Source: Dehalococcoidia bacterium (GTDB lineage Bacteria; Chloroflexota; Dehalococcoidia; Plut-88900). From it: DNA of 64,000 nucleotides. Position numbers and translations under genes: made by a program. Under the pieces are notes generated by a model that made no database searches, was not told where the DNA came from, and was given only the letters and a program-made list of their open reading frames with translations. Numbering within the stretch: position 1 is the first letter of the stretch; every line of letters begins with the position of its first letter. Below, piece by piece: positions 19,953 to 27,785 of the stretch. The stretch is taken from NCBI GenBank assembly GCA_965197585.1, contig OZ240215.1, positions 672,001 to 736,000 on the forward strand, written 5' to 3'.

Positions 19953-21506
19953 ATGAATACGCCCGAATTTCTTCTTATATCCAGCTCCATATGTCCCGAC
20001 CGGGAATCGATCATATTTGAGGGGAACCGCTGGAGTTTCTCAGACCTGGCTGATCGGTCTAACCGGCTGGCCAATGCGCTTGCGGGAATGGGTGTGGGGC
20101 AGGGAGACAAGGTGGGGATGCTGCAGGTCAACTGCAACGAATGCATTGAGGTCTATTTCGCAACGGCGAAGCTGGGAGCGACTTACGTACCCCTCAACTT
20201 CCGCGCCAGAGCCGAAGAGCTGGAGTTCATGATCAATTTCTCGGAGGCTTCGGCTCTATTTTTGGGGCAGCGCTACGTCAAAATGATTAGTTCGATGCGA
20301 GAACAGATTCCGGGAATGAAGAATTTGGTCTCGGTGGAAGGGCCGGCGGAAGGAATGCTGGACTATGAGTCGGTCATCGCCGAGGCGGACTCCGAAGAGG
20401 TGTTCACGGACATAGACGACAACGACACTTCCATTCTGATGTTTACCGCCGGTACTACGGGTCAGCCCAAAGGTGTGATGTTGACTCACGACAACCTGGC
20501 GACATACGTGCTAAACAACGTGAGCCCTGCCGACCCGGATATCGAGGAGAAGAACATCCTCACCGTGCCCTTGTATCACATAGCCGGAATGCAGGCGGTG
20601 CTGGCCGCAGTGTACGGAGGCCGGACCCTGGTTGTACAGCGACAGTTTGATCCGAGCGACTGGATGACCCTTGTGGAGACGGAGAGCGTGACCCGGGCCA
20701 TGATGGTTCCTACCATGCTTAAGCAGCTAATGGAACACGAGGAGTTCCCCAAGCGGAACCTGAGCAGCCTGCAAGTCATCACCTACGGCGCGGCCCCTAT
20801 GCCCGTGGAAGTGATAACAAAAGCTATCGAGGTGTTTCCCGGCACGAGGTTTATCAATGCCTTCGGGCAGACGGAATCGGCGTCGACGATTACGATGCTG
20901 ACTCCGGAGGACCACGTTATCGAGGGTTCGCCGGGGGAGAGGGCGATCAAACTGAAGAGGCTGGGGTCGATAGGGCGAGCACTGGGCGACACGGAAGTGA
21001 AGATATTCGACGAGGATGGGAGCGAGCTGCCGGTGGACGAGGTTGGGGAGATCGTGGCTCGGGGGCCGAGGGTTATGAAGGGCTACTGGAAGGCTGAAGA
21101 GGCAACCAACAGCACAATCCGAAACGGCTGGTTGTATACCGGGGACATCGGTTACATGGACGAGGCCGGGTATATCTTCTTGTCGGGTCGGGCGAAGGAC
21201 ATCATCATCCGGGCCGGGGAGAACATCTCGCCTGAGCAGGTGGAGGCGACTCTGCACTCGCACCCGGCCATCGACGAGGCGGCGGTTATCGGGGTGCCCA
21301 ACCCGCAGTGGGGCGAAACGGTCCGTGCAATAGTGGCGCTAAAGGCTGGGGCTCAGACTTCCGAGGCAGACATAATCGAACATTGCCGGGGCCAGCTGGC
21401 CAGCTTCAAGAAGCCGGAGTCGGTGATTTTCGTGGACTCTTTGCCCCGTAACCCATTGGGGAAGGTGCTGAAGCGTGTGTTGCGGGAGGAGTACGGGAAG
21501 GCGTAG
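19953..21506 (+). CDS. Long-chain acyl-CoA ligase (AMP-binding family)
   Basis: FTAGTTGQPKG, FGQTE, TGDIG, GRAKDIIIRAGENI, PRNPLGKV. Confidence 0.93.
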   Translation: MNTPEFLLISSSICPDRESIIFEGNRWSFSDLADRSNRLANALAGMGVGQGDKVGMLQVNCNECIEVYFATAKLGATYVPLNFRARAEELEFMINFSEASALFLGQRYVKMISSMREQIPGMKNLVSVEGPAEGMLDYESVIAEADSEEVFTDIDDNDTSILMFTAGTTGQPKGVMLTHDNLATYVLNNVSPADPDIEEKNILTVPLYHIAGMQAVLAAVYGGRTLVVQRQFDPSDWMTLVETESVTRAMMVPTMLKQLMEHEEFPKRNLSSLQVITYGAAPMPVEVITKAIEVFPGTRFINAFGQTESASTITMLTPEDHVIEGSPGERAIKLKRLGSIGRALGDTEVKIFDEDGSELPVDEVGEIVARGPRVMKGYWKAEEATNSTIRNGWLYTGDIGYMDEAGYIFLSGRAKDIIIRAGENISPEQVEATLHSHPAIDEAAVIGVPNPQWGETVRAIVALKAGAQTSEADIIEHCRGQLASFKKPESVIFVDSLPRNPLGKVLKRVLREEYGKA

Positions 21507-21524
21507 GGGTCGGGCCGGCCTCGG

Positions 21525-22202
21525 CTAAGATCCGGGGCCCAACTCCCGAGGGGTGGATTGGTCCGTACCCGCCTTTTCACTCTTGCCAAGCCGACGGTAA
21601 AGACTTTCACGGTCATCGTAGGCTTCGGTGTAGGACTTGTCCAGGTTAATTGCCTGGGTTAGGTCTTTAATTGCCTCGGGCAGACGGCCCTTATCGGCGA
21701 GCAGCAGTGCTCTCTCGTGGTAGGCCTCCGGGAGATTTGGATCGCTGATAATGGCCTTGTCCAGGGACTCGAGGGCTCGGGCGACGAGCCTTGGCTCGGA
21801 TCTGGGTGGAGCCGTTTCTGCCTGTTTGGCATAGACGATTCCTACGTTAAGCAGGGCTCGGGCGTCCTTCGGATTTATTTTCAAGGCCTTCTTGTATTCC
21901 TTGAGCGCGGAAGAAAAATGCCCTTTCCTGAGGTAGCAGGTGCCGAGGTTGCTGAGGAGAGCGCTGTCTTGCGGGCCGAACTTTTTGGCCGAGTTCAGGT
22001 CCCGGATGGCGGCGTTCAGGTTGCCGAGCCCGCCGTGAGCGAGACCTCGGTAGAAGTATGCGTGGGCATCCTTGGAGTTAAGGGCAAGGGCTTCATCAAG
22101 GTGGACTAGGGCATCTTCAAAGCGCCCATCTTTGACGGCTTTTTCGCCTTTACGGGAGCCGACGACCCAACTGAGGCCCCGGATTTTGTCAAGGATGCCC
22201 AT
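21525..22202 (-). CDS. Tetratricopeptide repeat protein
   Basis: Repeated TPR signatures (AYFYRG, NLGTCY, ALKINP, AYHERA). Confidence 0.85.
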   Translation of the reverse strand: MGILDKIRGLSWVVGSRKGEKAVKDGRFEDALVHLDEALALNSKDAHAYFYRGLAHGGLGNLNAAIRDLNSAKKFGPQDSALLSNLGTCYLRKGHFSSALKEYKKALKINPKDARALLNVGIVYAKQAETAPPRSEPRLVARALESLDKAIISDPNLPEAYHERALLLADKGRLPEAIKDLTQAINLDKSYTEAYDDRESLYRRLGKSEKAGTDQSTPRELGPGS

Positions 22203-22225
22203 AAAATAAAGAGGCCTAACGCGAG

Positions 22226-23227
22226 TCAGCCCGTTGACGCAACGTCGAAGATGCGGGGGGCCACGTGGGCGAGAAGGAGGTCGGTGGACATGATCATGGA
22301 GCGGCCTGAGGGGTCGATACGGGGAGATACTTCTACGAGGTCCATGGCGCCTATGGGATAGGCAGAGAGGACGCGGAGGATTGTCGCCATGATGTCAGGG
22401 GTGATGGCGTCGTTGACTACGGAGCCGGTGGCTGGGAAGAAACCGGTGTCTATAAAGTCGATGTCGACGGACATGTATATGTAGTCGCAGCCTGCGGCAG
22501 CGCGCTCACCGGCGCGTCTAGCGACCTCTTCGGGACCAATCCTTAGAACGTCGGCGGCGGTGAAGATGAGACCTCCGTGGGAGTCGATGGCGCTGATGGG
22601 CTCCTCGTCGGACCAGCCCTGAATTCCGATCCAGACCATGTTTGCGGGGCTGACAAGGTCGAGCTCGGAGATGCGGCGGGCGTTGGTGCCGTGGTTGTAC
22701 TTGCCCCAGACAGGGGTGTCGTCTCGGAAGTCGAGGTGGCCGTCGATGTGGATGTAGCCAATCTTGGGTTTCGGAGACATCTCGGAGACGGCTCGGGTGT
22801 AGCCTAGGCAGGATGGGTAGCCGACGTAGTGGTCGCCGCCCAGGCAGACGGAAAAGCCGCCCCGACGCACCACCTCTGCCACTCCACCGGCTATGCCCTC
22901 GGTGGACTTCATCACGTCGGTTGGGTAGACGTTGTAGTCGCCTACGTCTACGAGTCGGTTGGAAGCGGGGGTGGTGAGCCGGTTGCCGGATGTGACTTCA
23001 AGGATGCCGTCGGGGCCTGCGCTGCTTATGCGGTCGGCCATGGCGAGGGAGCCTTCCCTGATGCCTCGGGGGCCCATTCTGGTGCCGAAACGGCTGGTGT
23101 GGGTGCTGTCGTGGGGGGCTCCGCCGATCACGACCATCCCGCGCTCAACTTTGTCCAGGGCAACGTAGGGCGAGCCAAGGAAGGTGGCTGCGCCGATGTC
23201 TTCTACGTGTTCCAGCAATTCACTCAC
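22226..23227 (-). CDS. Ureohydrolase (arginase/agmatinase family), intact metal ligands (gene E)
   Basis: GGDHY, HIDGHLDF, NHGT, SVDIDFID; GTG start overlaps the upstream TGA. Confidence 0.9.
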   Translation of the reverse strand: MSELLEHVEDIGAATFLGSPYVALDKVERGMVVIGGAPHDSTHTSRFGTRMGPRGIREGSLAMADRISSAGPDGILEVTSGNRLTTPASNRLVDVGDYNVYPTDVMKSTEGIAGGVAEVVRRGGFSVCLGGDHYVGYPSCLGYTRAVSEMSPKPKIGYIHIDGHLDFRDDTPVWGKYNHGTNARRISELDLVSPANMVWIGIQGWSDEEPISAIDSHGGLIFTAADVLRIGPEEVARRAGERAAAGCDYIYMSVDIDFIDTGFFPATGSVVNDAITPDIMATILRVLSAYPIGAMDLVEVSPRIDPSGRSMIMSTDLLLAHVAPRIFDVASTG

Positions 23228-24219
23228 TTGGCGGCCTCGGCTACTCTGATTTTCTCGTCGATGAAGCGGACCAGCATCTCTGCGCCGCAGCGCTGGCCGG
23301 TCTTGGACAGGCTCATGGTCTCGATGAGAGGGTTTAAGCCACATAGGCTGACGCCGCCGACCGGGCCCCGGGCCAGGAGGGTTAGGGCCTCGAACAGGTC
23401 TACATTTCGGAGGCCGTCGAAGTGGGGAGTTCCGGTCATGGCTACGTAACCGCCGTCCATGACATCAATGTCAACGCCCACGAAGATACCGGAGCAGCCG
23501 TTGGAGGCGCGTTCCAGGGCTTCAGCTATCACATCGGGGATGCCGCGGCGGCGGACTTGCTCCGCGTCGATCATAGTAGCCGGCAGTCTGTTTGCAATCT
23601 GCCACTGGTCGAGCGGTACGTAGCCGTTTGCGCCGATCCATACCAAGTTCTTCGGGTGGACGGCCCCCGAGTCCAGGAGGCGGCGAACCGTCGCTCCGCG
23701 CCATACGTCTCCCCAGGCTGGGTCTCGGAGGCCGAGGTCAAGGCGGCTGGAGAGCTGGATGTAGCCAATATTCCCGCCGGTTGCTTCCCGGTAGCCCTGG
23801 GCCAAGGCGGAGGCGATGAAATGGTCGCCGCCGAGGGCTATGGGCACGGCACCCAGGCCGCTGATGCGTTTTGCTGCGTCCCGAAGGGTGGAAGACAGTA
23901 TCTCCCAGTCGACGTGGGAGACGGGTAGGTCACCCAGGTCACGGACACGTTCGCGGATGACGTTGGTGTCGGTGGGGAGCCGGGAGTTGATCTCGACGAG
24001 GGTTGCGTCCTGGGCGGTCATCATCTGGAAGTAGGTGGAGGTTTCTCGATAGGCCTTGGGCGCAAGGCGAGGGCCGAGCTGGTCGGGGGCGGATACATCG
24101 TAGGGCACGCCGAATACGCCGAACATGCCGGGTGTCAGCTCTTCGATAGTCCCTGTCGGGGCACCGATGAAGGTGAGCAAGCCACCTGTTTTGGGTGTCG
24201 GTCCTCTGCGGATTGGCAT
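23224..24219 (-). CDS. Ureohydrolase-fold protein lacking DxHxD ligands (gene D)
   Basis: GGDHF and VDIDVMD kept; DxHxD replaced by QLSSRLD. Confidence 0.88.
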   Translation of the reverse strand: MPIRRGPTPKTGGLLTFIGAPTGTIEELTPGMFGVFGVPYDVSAPDQLGPRLAPKAYRETSTYFQMMTAQDATLVEINSRLPTDTNVIRERVRDLGDLPVSHVDWEILSSTLRDAAKRISGLGAVPIALGGDHFIASALAQGYREATGGNIGYIQLSSRLDLGLRDPAWGDVWRGATVRRLLDSGAVHPKNLVWIGANGYVPLDQWQIANRLPATMIDAEQVRRRGIPDVIAEALERASNGCSGIFVGVDIDVMDGGYVAMTGTPHFDGLRNVDLFEALTLLARGPVGGVSLCGLNPLIETMSLSKTGQRCGAEMLVRFIDEKIRVAEAAK

Positions 24220-24309
24220 TACGGCCTCGTCATCCTAAGCATCAGACTGTCTGCCAGATTTGCTTGATGTGGAGGGGATTGGGGGGAGAGAGGCGTGAGT
24301 GCACAAGTC

Positions 24310-24340
24310 CTAGATTCCTCGCGGAGCCTCGGAATGACAC
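24310..24340. repeat. REP-like palindrome between ureohydrolase pairs
   Basis: CTAGATTCCTCGCGGAGCCTCGGAATGACAC; similar copies at 12592, 57127 and 63039. Confidence 0.75.
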
Positions 24341-24448
24341 GGGGTGAGGGAGAGGGGATATGACTGCTGTGCTCACCCTGAGTGGCCAGACGACGGGGAG
24401 CATGGGCCAAGTGATTACGCTCTTCTTCATGCCAAATTGGTCGTGTTC

Positions 24449-25420
24449 TCAATAGATATCAAATATTCTTGGGGCGATTAGCTTGATTAGGGCCTCGGCG
24501 GCGAAACGGGGGGTGCGGCTGCCGGCGTCGAGGGGTGGGGAGGTCTCGACGAGGTCCATCGCACCGATGGGGAATTCGGAGAGGGGTCCGAGGATGCGGA
24601 ATAGGGTGGAGGCGGTCATGGCTCCCATAGTGACCGAGCCTGTGCCGTCGGAGAAGCCGGCGTCAATGACGTCGATATCGAAGCTCATGTAGATGGAGTC
24701 ACAGCCCTTGAGGGCTAGCTCGGCTGCGCGGCGTCCGACGGTCTCGGGGCCCATCTCCTCTACGTCTTCGCTGGTGAAAATCGTGCCTCCGTAGCGGCGG
24801 ATGAGCTCGACCTGGTCCAGGTAGCAGGGGCCCTGGATACCTATGAAAACCATGTTGGCGGGTTCCATGGCGTCCAGCTCCGAGATCCGGCGGGCGTTGG
24901 TGCCATTCATGTACTTGCCGTAGGGGCCGTAGGAGTCGGCGAAGTCGAGGTGGCCGTCTATGTGAATATAGCCGACCCGGGCGTTGGGCCTGAGTTGTCC
25001 AAGGGCACGGGTGTAACCGAGGCAGGATGGGTAGCCGACGTAATGATCGCCGCCCAGGCAGACGGAGAAGCCGCCCCGCAGCACGACTTCCGAGACGCCG
25101 CCGGCGATGCCCTCGGTAGCTTTCATAACGTCGGAGGGGTAACTGTTGAAATCGCCGACATCTACGAGGGGGGATTGGGTGGGGCGAATCAGGGTGCGCC
25201 CGGTGGACACGTCTATCAACCCCTCTTCGGCGCGGTCGAAACTCTGGGCCAGGGGCAGGGAGTGCTCGCGGATGCCTCGGGGGCCGTACCTCTCGCCGAA
25301 GCGGTCTCGGAGGCTGTGAGGAGCGCCGCTTATTACTGTCATGCCGGGCTGGACATCGGAGAGGCCGACGAGTGGGGCTCCCATAAAGGTGGGAGACGAT
25401 GTGTATGCGTAGTCTTGCAT
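24449..25420 (-). CDS. Ureohydrolase (arginase/agmatinase family), intact metal ligands (gene C)
   Basis: Start MQDYAY; GGDHY, HIDGHLDF, SFDIDVID; strongly similar to gene E. Confidence 0.9.
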   Translation of the reverse strand: MQDYAYTSSPTFMGAPLVGLSDVQPGMTVISGAPHSLRDRFGERYGPRGIREHSLPLAQSFDRAEEGLIDVSTGRTLIRPTQSPLVDVGDFNSYPSDVMKATEGIAGGVSEVVLRGGFSVCLGGDHYVGYPSCLGYTRALGQLRPNARVGYIHIDGHLDFADSYGPYGKYMNGTNARRISELDAMEPANMVFIGIQGPCYLDQVELIRRYGGTIFTSEDVEEMGPETVGRRAAELALKGCDSIYMSFDIDVIDAGFSDGTGSVTMGAMTASTLFRILGPLSEFPIGAMDLVETSPPLDAGSRTPRFAAEALIKLIAPRIFDIY

Positions 25421-25434
25421 AGTTAAATCATGGC

Positions 25435-26418
25435 CTAGGGATAGGCAAGGGCCTCGCCGGCCAGGAAGCGGATGACTATCCAGGCCCCGAGTCGGGGGCC
25501 GGTAGCAGATAGCATGTTCACGGTGGGATTCATGCCCACGAGGTCGAGGGCGCCGGCCTTCTTTCGGCGGAGGATGTCGACGGCTTTGAGAAGCTCGACG
25601 TTGGTAAGGCCATCGAAGCACGGGTCTGCGGTGGCGGCGACGATACCGCCGTCCATAACGTCGAAGTCGATGCTGACGTAGACGGAGTCGCATCCATCTC
25701 CTGCAACTTCCATTGCGTTTTCGACCACGTTCTGCGGGCCTCGGCGGCGCACGTCTTCGAGAGTGAAGACGGACAACTCCCTTTCTTGTGCGAAGTCCCA
25801 CTCCTCTCGGCGGAGGTAGCCGCTCACGCCAATCCAGACCATATTCTTCGGGGCAACGGCCCCGGAGTCCAGGATGCGCCGGGCGGTTGCGCCCCGCCAA
25901 ACGTCTCCCCAGACCGGGTCCCGGGTCCCGAGATCAAGGCGGCTGGAAAGTTGGACGTAGCCGATGCCTCGGCCCGTACGCTCGCGGACGGCGTCGGCGT
26001 AGCCGAGGCAGAGGGGGTAGGAGACGAAATGGTCTCCGCCGAGGACCACGGGAGTCGCACCTGTGGAGGCTACTTCGTTGAGAGAGCGTCGGAGCTCTTT
26101 TTCGGTGCGGGGCCAGTCGAGGGGGTAGGCATTGAAGTCGCCGAGGTCGAGGATTTGCGAGCGACGGGCGCCGCTCATGCGGTCGCCGGTGGTGATTTCA
26201 ACGAGGTCGGAGCGGGAGAATGCGCCGGCGTAGTAGCCGGAGCTATCCCGGATGGCTCGGGGGCCGAATCTCGACCCAATCTTGGTAGTGCAGGACAGAT
26301 CATAGGAAACGCCGCAGATTGCAGCCATCCCTTCTTTGAGGTGCTCCAAGTCGCCTCGGGGCAGATCCATGAAGGTTGTTATGCCCGGTGTGGATACGGG
26401 GGCCGACTGTGTGGTCAT
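25435..26418 (-). CDS. Ureohydrolase-fold protein lacking DxHxD ligands (gene B)
   Basis: GSRFGPRAIR, GGDHF, QLSSRLD, SIDFDVMD; similar to gene D. Confidence 0.88.
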   Translation of the reverse strand: MTTQSAPVSTPGITTFMDLPRGDLEHLKEGMAAICGVSYDLSCTTKIGSRFGPRAIRDSSGYYAGAFSRSDLVEITTGDRMSGARRSQILDLGDFNAYPLDWPRTEKELRRSLNEVASTGATPVVLGGDHFVSYPLCLGYADAVRERTGRGIGYVQLSSRLDLGTRDPVWGDVWRGATARRILDSGAVAPKNMVWIGVSGYLRREEWDFAQERELSVFTLEDVRRRGPQNVVENAMEVAGDGCDSVYVSIDFDVMDGGIVAATADPCFDGLTNVELLKAVDILRRKKAGALDLVGMNPTVNMLSATGPRLGAWIVIRFLAGEALAYP

Positions 26419-26431
26419 AAGGGTCTCGGAC

Positions 26432-27412
26432 TCACGCCCCGAAAACGGAGGGCGCCATAAGTTCGATAACGGCCTGGGCTGCGAGTCGTTCGGAGCGGCC
26501 TCGGACGTCGAGCCCAGGGGCTACCTCGACGACGTCAAGGGCGGCTATCCTTGGGAACTCCGAAAGCTCACGCGTGATAGCGAGCAGGTCGCGGGGAGTA
26601 AGGCCACCAACTACAATCTCGGCGGTTCCGGATGCGTAGCCGGAGTCGACAACGCCGATGTCGAGGCTAAGGTAGACGGCGTCGCAGTCCTGGCCGGCGA
26701 TTTCCAACGCCCGGCGTACTGTCGCCTCGGGGCCTTCGGCTTTAACTGAGTCGGCGGTTATTACGGTGACGCCCTGTGAGCGAGCGTATTCCCACTCCCG
26801 GTAGGGTATATAGCCCTGGGTACCGACAAATACCGTGTTACGGGCCTCGACGGCGCCGGAGTCCAGGATGCGGCGTACTGAAGCGCCGGACCAATCGGGG
26901 CCGTATTGGGAGCCGGGGTCGGCCAGGGAGAGTTCAGCGGAGATGCGTATCAGGCCGAGACTGCGGCTTGAACCCGCCTTCACGCCTTCCATCAGAGGGA
27001 ATGTGATAAACCGGTCTCCGCCGAGGGCCACGGGGCAGGCACCGGACTCGGCTATTCGGGAGAAGGCGGACCGGCAAGCATCAAGGTTGCCGGGAAGGTC
27101 CAGAGGAGAAAGGGTGAGGTCTCCGAGGTCGAGAAGGGATGAGGGTTGAGGTACGTGGAGCACCCGGCCAGATATGACGTCGATGAGGGCGCCGGACTCG
27201 GAGGCCTCGAGCTCGTAGATGAAGTCGGCGCTGGCTTCTCGGATGGCCCGGGGGCCCTGCCTGACGCCTTGGCGGGAAGTGGAGGAGCCGTCGTGGGGGA
27301 CGCCGATGACGGCTACGCAACCGGGCCCGACGTCCTGGAATCCGGCTCTCGGGGCACGGGCGAAGGTGTTGATACCGGCGAACGAGGGCAGAAGGTCTCG
27401 TTGGTAGGGCAA
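26432..27412 (-). CDS. Ureohydrolase-fold protein lacking most metal ligands (gene A)
   Basis: GVPHD, GPRAIR, GGDRF (His lost), RISAELS, SLDIGVVD, DVVEVAP; TTG start with GGAGG RBS. Confidence 0.88.
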   Translation of the reverse strand: MPYQRDLLPSFAGINTFARAPRAGFQDVGPGCVAVIGVPHDGSSTSRQGVRQGPRAIREASADFIYELEASESGALIDVISGRVLHVPQPSSLLDLGDLTLSPLDLPGNLDACRSAFSRIAESGACPVALGGDRFITFPLMEGVKAGSSRSLGLIRISAELSLADPGSQYGPDWSGASVRRILDSGAVEARNTVFVGTQGYIPYREWEYARSQGVTVITADSVKAEGPEATVRRALEIAGQDCDAVYLSLDIGVVDSGYASGTAEIVVGGLTPRDLLAITRELSEFPRIAALDVVEVAPGLDVRGRSERLAAQAVIELMAPSVFGA

Positions 27413-27520
27413 AGCCGCCTCCCTTCTAGGGTTCGGATTATAGCATGGGGGTGGGGGAGGAATTTGAGTCAGTACTGTGTGTATGCCAGGGCCGGGGTGA
27501 CGGATTGGCAGTGCGGGGCC

Positions 27521-27710
27521 GCCCCCCGCTCAACCCTTCGATCCGCCTCAGCGGACTTACAGCAGGCTCAGGGTGAGCGGCCCCTCCCCACGGGATGGAT
27601 ATGCGCTTCGGCGCATCCTCCGTAGGCGGACGTTTCGCTTACAGCCGGCACTCGGCGGCCAGAATGATCCGCCTTAGGCGGACAGGCTCCCCTCGGGTGG
27701 GGGAGGGGTT
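27521..27710. repeat. Composite REP-like cluster homologous to 12679-12840
   Basis: CCGCTCAACCCTTCGATCCGCCTCAGCGGACTTACAGCAGGCTCAGGGTGAGCGG ... GAATGATCCGCCTTAGGCGGACAGGC. Confidence 0.8.
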
Positions 27711-27712
27711 CG

Positions 27713-27741
27713 TTGACTGAGGTAGGGGGTTTGCCTACAAT
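27713..27741 (+). promoter_or_regulatory. alaS operon promoter
   Basis: TTGACT-17 nt-TACAAT. Confidence 0.65.
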
Positions 27742-27785
27742 CGTGAGACCAGTAATGTGGGCGTTACACAAGGAAAAGAGCAGAG

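Noticed and set aside
25421-25900. N-terminal extension of the 483-aa ORF
   Set aside because: It overlaps gene B in another frame; the ureohydrolase domain starts at ATG 25420
27413-27480. Guanidine riboswitch upstream of the ureohydrolase cluster
   Set aside because: A TGCTATAAT -10 lies only ~25 nt upstream of the start, and no ykkC or paired ACGR-loop hairpins are visible
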